From Lingula anatina (lineage: Eukaryota > Animalia > Brachiopoda): 64,000 nucleotides of DNA. How positions within the stretch are numbered: position 1 is the stretch's first letter; each line of letters begins with the position of its first letter. The stretch spans positions 43,530,401 through 43,594,400 of the forward strand of contig CM120641.1 of NCBI GenBank assembly GCA_051362555.1. The letters run 5' to 3'. The notes beneath the pieces were generated by a model that ran no database searches, was not told the origin of the DNA, and saw only the letters and a program-made list of their open reading frames with translations. Made by a program: the position numbers and the translations under genes. Below are positions 1 through 9,600 of the stretch, in pieces.

Positions 1-162
1 GCTTCATTCGTAGTAATAACCTTATTTAAGATATCTAGTTTAATAATGATATATATTTAGTTTTAGTTTTAATATCATTTAAAATAAGTGGCGTATTTTT
101 GTCAAAAAGGCTCCTCACGACAAATGTAACTTAATCATTTTATATATGCACTTTCGTTTCAG

Positions 163-377
163 AAAAAATGGAGGTGCCAAAAGCCATGAAATCAACAATT
201 TTTACAGTGACGACTATTGCCCTGGCGTGTCTGTTTCTGGCTGCGGTCGCAACTGTTATCATCGTACCTCTCCGAATGTTAAAATTGCGCCGTCAACTGA
301 GAAACTCCACTCAGCTGCATCCTGACGCCAGTTTCAACACTCCTGTTCACATTCCAGTCACTATTCTCAGACCTTAA
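163..377 (+). CDS. Terminal (transmembrane + cytoplasmic tail) exon of a divergent upstream paralog of the Sushi-ZP-TM family (copy 0); rest of gene lies left of the window
   Basis: Acceptor tttcag at 157-162 then aa aaa atg, the same phase and context as the last exons at 15449, 31808 and 46070. Translation (E)KMEVPKAMKSTIFTVTTIALACLFLAAVATVIIVPLRML.. aligns with (E)KMTVGPKSRMSTIFTVSTIAVVCLILTAGIIIIIVIPLRK; stop TAA 375-377; AATAAA near 440. Confidence 0.85.
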
Positions 378-1778
378 TAAGATTATACTGCAATTTGTAA
401 TGTAATCCATATATTTGAGTCACAAAAAAGATATATCTAAATAAATAAAGGAATGGCAGGTAAAATATTGAAACACGTTCTTGTTAACATTGACTTTCAC
501 GGGATTAGATCGGGACCAAGGTGATTTTGAGTCGTGATGCACACGAACTATCTATTAAAGTGCTGGCGACATTCTCTCAGTTCGACTGAATGTTAATATT
601 TCTGTGACTGTGACAAGTCACGGTCTGTATAGTGTTGAGTGCACTGCGGCACAACCCCCTCCCCACAAAATAAATAAATAAATGAATAAAAAGGTGTAGA
701 TAGCAAATTTCTAAAACTGCGCACTGCACGTATTTCAAACTAATTTACACCGGTTGTTTGGACCTGAATGAAAATATTAAAAAAACGTGGTCTTTTTGGT
801 ACACGTGCCCACTAACGATGACAGAATAAAGTAAGACCGAAAGTTGGTACACACTTGTTTATAGCACAAAAAATTATTCTATTTTAAAGCAAACATAAGT
901 AGCCCCTATTGAGCCATTGATGTGAAATGATCCGCCTTTGTTTTGAAAATGTACTTTAAGCGAAGAAGTGTTTTGCCCAAGCCGGTGTGACGAAACTGAG
1001 CAGGGTCCGTGTAACAGAGAATCCATTCTCCCTTTCTTTATGGAAGTTGGGGTTAGCCTGACTGAAAAATATAAAAATTTAAATCTAAAGCTTTGCACGA
1101 TTATTAATAAAAAAAAAAAAATGATAATAAAAGCACCGATTCCAAGTCAACTATTCTTCGAATTTCTGCCATAATCTACTTACATTATACATCACCATAT
1201 CTTACGATTAGGAATTTAAAAGAAAAATTAAAGAATTTAAAGTATTTAAACCAGAAAAACACTCAAAGAAAACAAATCTCTAGCAAGGCAGCTCAGTTCT
1301 TCTTTTTCTTCTTCTTCTTAGTAGTAGTAATCCTGGACTAATTAGTTGATAAATCAACTCAATTTTCAATATCATTAATAATTAATTTATCCACTAATTG
1401 ATAAGTTAAACACTGATAATTATCAATCAAATAACTAATTAAAATTAATAAACTAATCTAATGATTAAAACATCTAGCCCATTTCTCTCCAGAAATTTTA
1501 TCAAATTCCCTCCACAGCTTTTTGCATAATGTTGCTAACAGACAAAGAGATTTAATTAATTACCTAAAACTGCAAATCTACTCGTTTGTTACTTGATTTG
1601 CTCTCGATAGTGTGTGAAAAAAACTAGGAAAATCCTTCCACAACTTTTTTCTAAAATGTTGTTAAGAGACAAACGCAGGTAATGAAAGATTACTTAAAAC
1701 TACAATCCAATTTTCTCACCGATCCAATTACGACGACGATCTGAGCTCATGACAATGGCCCCATTCAGAATAGGTGAC

Positions 1779-2004
1779 TAAGGCTGTATTCCCAGAGCTT
1801 TTAGATCGATCTATCCCCGCGGGGAGTCTTACTAGATTACTGTCAGATAATCCGGCTTAAATGTCCGTCCCGCCTACTACAAGCTGTAAGGGGGTAGGCC
1901 TATATAACTTTCGTGTCCGCCCGGCTGACAGCTATATGGCGTGAACCCCCAGGGAGTTAGGTCGATCTAAAGTAGATCGATGTAATCTCTGGTAATGGGG
2001 TCTA
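1779..2004. mobile_element. Degenerate palindromic MITE (~225 bp)
   Basis: Imperfect terminal inverted repeat (taaggctgtattcccagag / ctctggtaatggggtcta) plus inner inverted pairs (tttagatcgatcta / taggtcgatctaaa; ctgtcag / ctgacag). Termini resemble the MITE at 17181-17440. Confidence 0.55.
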
Positions 2005-2162
2005 ACTAGTTCGAGGGCCAAATATGGCCGACCTACTTGAATACTTCCCCAAGAGAAATCGATTCATTGTCTGGCCCTATGATTCTTTTCAGGAAAGAGC
2101 TTTTCTAAACGCCTTTACCCTAGAGCCATGCTGGAGTTTCACTGACCCAGGGCAACATGTAA

Positions 2163-2385
2163 AACGGTTTCTTGGAAAACTGTAGATCTAAACTACCGTC
2201 TTCGGTGGCGTCGCTGTGATTGGTCAGTTTGTTGAGAAGCTATCACTCAGCGCTGTGTATAAATTCACACGCAGCTTCCTTTGCCGTGTTGGACAAGGAA
2301 GGGAGTGGCTTTAATCGCTTTTTTTCGTATTTTGAGGATATTCGCAGATAATTCGAGTGTCAAACGGATCGGTAAAGAGGTAGGT
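2163..2385 (+). promoter_or_regulatory. Putative core promoter and non-coding first exon of Sushi-ZP copy 1
   Basis: TTCTTGGAA (GAS/STAT-type) 2169-2177, inverted CCAAT (ATTGG) 2219-2223, TATAAA 2258-2263, then a donor-like gag/gtaggt near 2380. The block is conserved upstream of all three copies. Confidence 0.55.
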
Positions 2386-3646
2386 TAAATGTGGTTTGAG
2401 GATTACTGTTGCCAGGAGGCTTCCTGCTCCAAACAGCCTCGTACAATATTTGATCACCAAGTGCAGGTCAAACTTAGTGCCGTTCAGTGTTGTGCAAGTT
2501 TTTGAACGTCGGGGGGAGGGGGGAGCTCTTTTTGGGTCAATTTTGGACCATACTTGAAATAAGGACGCCGTTTTCATCTTATAAGGATGTGGTCGGCTCT
2601 TGGCCACAGGGACGGCACAGGGTCGGCAACATGGCTGCGGCTAATTTTGGTAAAATTCTGGAAGTAACGTCCGATGCCAGAATGGACCAGAAGAACAAAC
2701 TCTGTGTACGGTTTGATTGTCATTGATATCTCAGTCTCTGCTATTCTAAACTAATTTATTTTAAATTTCATTCAGAGCTCAGAGGGACAATAGTTCCTTT
2801 GCAGCTAGATGACTAGACGCTGACTTCTTTTTGAAAAGCTTGCTTTCCAGATTTCTTTTGTTTACTGGAGAACAGGGTAGTCACCTGGCTTCAATAGGCC
2901 TACTGACAAAAAAGTTGTTAAAACGGATGATGGAATTAGAGGAAAAGGCAAAACTTAATAGAAAGATACACAAATTCAGAAAGCACTCAGATTATCTATC
3001 TGAACATGTGAGTGGTTTGCATCATTTCAACAAAATGAATGAGAGACTAAATACCAATTAGAAAGGCACTCAGAGAACACAAACCATTGCCCAGGGCACT
3101 CAATTCTCATTTCTTTTAACTATTTATCAATAAGTTAATCAATTAAGTTATTAATATCTAACTTTTCGTCATAATTGCTAATTTATTATTAGTTATTAGA
3201 ATTTCACATTTTATTCCAGTTTCAAGTACTAAGTGGTCTTCAATGAAACCTTTGAAAGTTATTTTGGTAATGTGAATTTGTTTATTATTACCATCTTAAT
3301 TAAATTTTTGATACCTACCTTCACAAATGAAGTTTACCATCTCCATCTCCATTATAAAATAAAAAATTCAGATCTCAGAAACTACTTTCTAGAAAATAAT
3401 TTTATGAGCAGTTTTGGCAATGAAGTACCTTGGTGATTATGGGTAAATTATTCACAAAAAATTAATTTTATCTGTATAAAGGTAAAGGACTCATAGCATG
3501 ATTTTAAAAAACATATAGATGTTGCTTCATACGTATATTCTAGAACAAAACTGTTCAACTTGATGTCGGTATAACAATTTGGAGTGTGTTGAAGTGCATA
3601 ACTGTGTTTGTCATATATTGATTGTAAAGATTTTTCATTATTTTAG

Positions 3647-6600
3647 TCTCTTCTTTATTTTGCTGTTTTAATCCATGACGCAACGTGTGGTAAGTTTTGG
3701 TCTCTCTCTTTCTCTCTCTCTGTCCATTATGATAATTTAAACTATTATATTTATTTATCTATTTCCAAGGTAGCTAAATCTTAACATACAATGTATGGGA
3801 ACATTTCGAGCATTTGTATATTGAAACGTTAATTTAAAACAACAACAACGCTAAATCAAAGTAAAAACGTAAAAGTTCAAGCTAGTAGCAGGTGAAGAGA
3901 GATCTAATTTAGCACTGCTTTGGTTCCTCTTATGACAAAACTGATGCTGTTGAATTTTTGTTTTATATCTTGCAGCTCGAGCTTGCATAGAGCCCACCTT
4001 AGAACATGGCCGAATCACTAACCCTGCAAACTATTATTTAAATGGATCAACAATACACATAGTGCCTAATGTTGGATACTTCTTGGATGGGGATTCTATT
4101 GCAACTTGCGATGTAGATCATGGTTGGATTAATCTTCCAACAATTAAAGGTACACACATATGCTTCAGTGCTTCTTGTGCATTGTTAACTGACATTATGA
4201 TATTAATTTTATTATGCAAGACGATGTTACCCATGGAAGCACATGTTTTTATAAAAAGCATACTGTATGTATCAGAAAATTTGTCATAGTCATATTTTAT
4301 CATACAAATCCTATATTTGTATATTGAAACATTAATTTAAAACAACAACAATGCTAAATCAAAGTAAAAAAAGTAAAGTCCAAGCTAGTAGCAGGTGAAG
4401 AAAGATCTAATTTAGCACTGCTATGGTTCCTCTTATTTATAACTGATGCTGTTGAATTTTTGTTTTATATCTTGCAGCTGCAGTTTGCCCAGAGCCCATC
4501 TTAGAAAATGGTCAAATCACTAACCCTGCAGATGAGTACATTAATGGCTATACAATACACATAGTTGCTAATGATGGATACTTCTTGGATGGGGAGGCTG
4601 TATCCTTCTTGGATGGGGAGTCTAGAGCAGACAGCACATGTGATGCAGTACATAATCAATGGATTAATCTACCAACAATTAAAGGTACACACATATGCTT
4701 CAGTGCTTCTTGTACATTGTTAACTGACATTATGACATTAATTTTATTATGCAAGATGATGTTACAGGTACCCATGGAAGCACATGTTTTTATAAAAAGT
4801 CTACTGTATATATCTGCAAATTTGGCATAGTTATATTTTTCATACAAATCCTATAAAGCTACTAATCTCTCTCAATTCAGACCTTGAAAACTATAAACCC
4901 CTCAGATAAAAGTACTTGGCATTGGTAGTTCCTTCTGGAATGTACACTAAGACATGACATTCTAAATGCCTGACAAGTCATTTAGAACTTTATCTTTAGT
5001 TAAAATTAAAATGGATTAAACAATAAAGGGAACCGGAGAAGATCAGCATTGGTCAGAATTGTGCCGGAAGTGACGTGCAGTGGTGTTAGAAACGAAGCTG
5101 AGTGATCATTTAACATAGAGGTGAACGGCAGTGAAGACGGGTTGTCGGAGGAAAAAGAAGTTTTCTAAACAACATGGTAAGATAACACTTTTTCTTTACG
5201 CATTTTGGGCAGAGAAAACTTGTAGATATAATAAATGCATGATATGAAAACGTGACACGGAACTTGAAGGTGCAAAATCGTGCTTAATTGGCGGTCAACT
5301 TGTTTAGAAATAAATGCTGCGTCGACCGCCAGCGCGACAAAAAGCGTAAAGGGGAAATAATTCCCGGGAGTCTATAAATCATTGTCATGTGGAAATTTGG
5401 CATTAATATAATCCGATATGTCCATATCTAAGTATTTTTGGGTGTTTTATGGTATGGGCTGCAATTACAACGATGTTTTAGAGGTCTTGAAGGACCTTGT
5501 GAAAACCAGGAAGTAGTTCGTAACTAACAAGCGGAATGTACCGATCTCCGACTGCTGTGCATAGCTGTATCTTTTTTTCAATATATTGACGAATTTTAGA
5601 TCTTTATATGTCCATCTGGCATGAAATTCCACACACATGATCACACTGATATACCTTTTACACTGGGGAAGGCGCTAATCAGTGACAAATGCCAAGACAA
5701 AGGTGACATTCTGACAGCCTCTTATCTGAGTTATAGCTTAAAACAATTTCCTCTATTACCACTGACAAAAGAGACTGGCAATCAATTTCCTCAGGCTGGC
5801 AATCATTAGCCTATAGAAATTGGTCATGTTACATCTTATCTACCTGTGAGAATCGTTTTACCAACTGAGTATTGCATAATAATGTAAATTATTAGTACTT
5901 TGAGCTAGTCTTAATTACCTGTCAGCTCACCTGAATTCTCTTTTTGTCTTTTTGGGAAGATCTTGTCAGTGAAATGTTTTATTTGTCCTGTGACAAAAAT
6001 TCGTCAATATATTGAAAAAAAGATACAGCTGTGCACAGCAGTCGGAGATCGGTACATTTCACTTGTTAGTTACGAACTACTTCCTTGTATTCACAAGGTC
6101 CTTCAAGACCTCTAAAACATCGTTGTAATTGCAGCCCATACCATAAAACACCCCAAAAATACTTAGATATGGACATATCGGATTATATTAATGCCAAATT
6201 TCCACATGGCAACGATTTACAGCCTCCCGGGAATTATTTCCCCTTTACGCTTTTTGTCGCGCTGGCGGTCGACGCAGCATTCATTTTAAAACAAGTTGAC
6301 CGCCAATTAAGCACGATTTTGCACCTTCAAGTTCCGTGTCACGTTTTCATATCATGCATTTATTATTTCTACAAGTTTTCTCTGCCCAAAATGCGTAAAG
6401 AAAAAGTGTTATCTTACCATGTTGTTTAGAAAACTTCTTTTTCCTCCGACAACCCGTCTTCACTGCCGTTCACCTCTATGTTAAAATGACCACTCAGCTT
6501 TGTTTCTAACACCACTGCACGTCACTTCCGGCACAATTCTGAACAATGCTGATCTTCTCCGGTTCCCATTATTGAATTTAACAACATATGAAATTGTGTA

Positions 6601-9600
6601 AAGAAATGATTGGTGAGAAGGAGAAAATTGTTTTTTCCTTGAAGTAAAATTAATTTTAGTGGGCAAATCCAACATATCTGTTGAGTACCTTTAACTTTAA
6701 AAATGTTTAGAATAATTTGGTAAACAACCTAACACAGATACCAAAATCTCAGTTTAAATGATGATGATGAGTTAATTCGTTGTAGTTATAGGCCTCTGGC
6801 CTAAAATACATAACAATCTGTCCAAATACAAAAGACATATACAATCAATGTTTTACATGTACATACAGAAATGAATTATATGACTACACCATACATGTAC
6901 AAGTATTTCATTTACCTATCCAGACAGTTAACGTTGTTATCTACAATATCACTTCTTAATGCAAAGGCGTACAATAATAATCTAGTCAGTGAGAAAAAGC
7001 TCTTTTCGTTCTTGTCAGACATTATACTTGTAAAGAAATGTTTATTTAAATGATGTTATATAATGATTATGTACTTTTCAGTACTACCATGTGACGAACC
7101 CCTGTCATTTGCTAATGGTGAGATAGTAACCCAAGAACCCTATGTTCGTAATCAAACTGTTCTGGCCCAGTGTGCACCTGGCTATGTGGCTGAGAATGGT
7201 CTGCAGAATGTTAATGTCACATGTTATATTAATGGAACCTGGGATCCCATGCCTATCTGTTCAGGTACTGTTGCTGAAAGTGCAAATCTTTGATTTTTAT
7301 AATTTTGGAAGATGAAGTTTGGAAGTCCTTAAGAATGCTGTTGTTTATATTATAAAGATAGGTGTACCAACTTATAATGAACCCCTATCCCTCACGAACC
7401 AACCATCCTATTGCTCTGCTCCATTTTTGACTGCGATATGCAGGTATACACCCGATAACAGGCCTTTGACAGAAGCTACACCATCCTACATGGTACAAAT
7501 GGAACATTCATACTTGTTTCAAAGCCATTACCTGCATGCGTCAATTGTTACCATAACAATGTATACACCTTCCTTTATAAAACTGTGCCATTCACATTAA
7601 AATGAATGTCCACAGTTATTATGGTACTAATTTAAAAACTGGTGGTGCTCTTAATATAACATAAATATAAAACATGTTGTGCACTATTTTTATTTATTTA
7701 TTTATTGGTTGTTGCTCATTTAAGACTGCTTTTATGTTACTACATCTATACCAGTTTAAACACATTTTATATGTCTGTCCTAATGACAGTTTTGCTGCCT
7801 GGTTTCTGTTAAGAAATTTTGACACTGAGGCTTAGTGCTCCCTTCATTTTTTTTTTCAATTTAGGGTATTTCATACAAAAACCTCACTGTTATTTGACAT
7901 CCCTATGTGTTTCTCTTTGTAGCACTACAAGATCTTTCCGGTAGGTATGCAATTCTCAGGTAAAGAGTCTATATTTTAAGGAGTATGTGTGACATCCTTG
8001 TGCCTGTCTGGCTGTCTGTCAGTGCCTGTTTGTCTTTCTGTACTAGCAAAACTATTAAGTTTCACTCATGTTGATATCTTTCATGACTGTAAGGATTAAC
8101 ACCCAGATGGTGCCAGAATTCTATGTTAAAGGAAAGACCTGGGTCGGAACAGTGTCAGTGATTTATACTTTGGTAATTCAGCAAGGTTCAACAATTAAAA
8201 CCATGAATAAAGGTGTGTTTAATAAAGATGAGATATGTACAGGATTTAAAAGAAAGAGTACATATAATTTTTTCATCATAAATGATGTACTTCTTAGGAT
8301 AGAAAAATAAATAATAAATAGAATGTTTGTCTACTTCAGCCACATATCGCTGTGGAGTGAACCCTAACGAAGTAATAATGATAGTAAAAAATAACAATAA
8401 CTACCAGGATGCTTACATACCTGGCTATAAAGATGATGGGAGTTGTCAACCAGATTTTAGTATGATGCCAGGAGGCTGGACACATGTGGCATTTCGACTG
8501 GCAGAAGGAACATGTGGAATGGTGACAACACCAGTAAGTGATGCCTATTTTTCCATACAGGTTTTTTGTCCTCAAAATTTTGGGGGTCCCACTAGCTTTG
8601 ATGACATGAATCCATCAGTGAATACATTCTTTCACCATATCCCTACTTAAATATCTCAATTTATTTCTGGTGTTCTTTATCAAGCTCAAAAATCATACAT
8701 TAGAAAATCTACCTAAAACATAAGGAAAATTAGCAGTTTATATAACTGAAGTGTGAATATCAATTAAACCATAATTTCTCTGTTTAAATATGTGTAAAAA
8801 AACTACTGGTTTTTAAGGCTATGGCAGATGGAAACTACAAAGGATAATACATTTTCAGAATGGTTTAAAAACATGGAATGTTTTAGCCACATACAGCCTT
8901 GTCATAGAACAACACACTGATGTTGAATTCACCACAGATCCAGGGTGCAATTTCACTGCAGAAGAGACAGAATTTGTAGAACTAACATCAGTTCGTGTGC
9001 AGAACATGTATGTACAATTAAATATTCATGTTATAGATAAATTTTGTTTTAAGTGATACTCTTGATTATAAATGAATGTACAGATGTTTGTATATGGGCC
9101 AATATGCCACAGTTGAAATTCAAATTCCAGCAGATTTGTAGTCAGCCTAGGAAAGTAACATATATTTAATATTTTACGTCTGCCTATAGTAATATGTGTC
9201 ACATTTGATAATTTTTCGTATGGTTATATACATTTGGTAGCTTTTGCTACACAGCGCTTACATGTTTTCTTGGCATTGGTTTTGAAGGGACTGTGGTTTT
9301 CAGTATATTTATTCTTTCCATTTGTCATTGCTCCTTGAAAAAATCAGAGGTTTAAAAGTGTAATTTCATTTTTATTTAGGATTTTTGCATGGACAAACTA
9401 CACATCTCTTAATAAATTATTAAAGTTACTCTAATCAAGCTTCCTCCAACAAGAAACATACACTTTGAATTCTTCATGAATAAACCCAAAACATCCATAA
9501 GTATCTTACCCATTAATTTCATCTACTTTCACATTAATTACAACTGAGACCCCCAGATAGACACATTGTACTAGTTAGGTCAGTTCAGCTGTTTGGGAAT

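Noticed and set aside
2275-2310. Hairpin as a tRNA or other ncRNA gene
   Set aside because: It is a single short stem with no cloverleaf, A/B boxes or snRNA motifs. No tRNA or rRNA gene was recognised anywhere in the window.
6085-6429. 114-aa ORF in the foldback element
   Set aside because: It lies in the inverted arm, starts at a non-ATG codon and has no recognisable domain.
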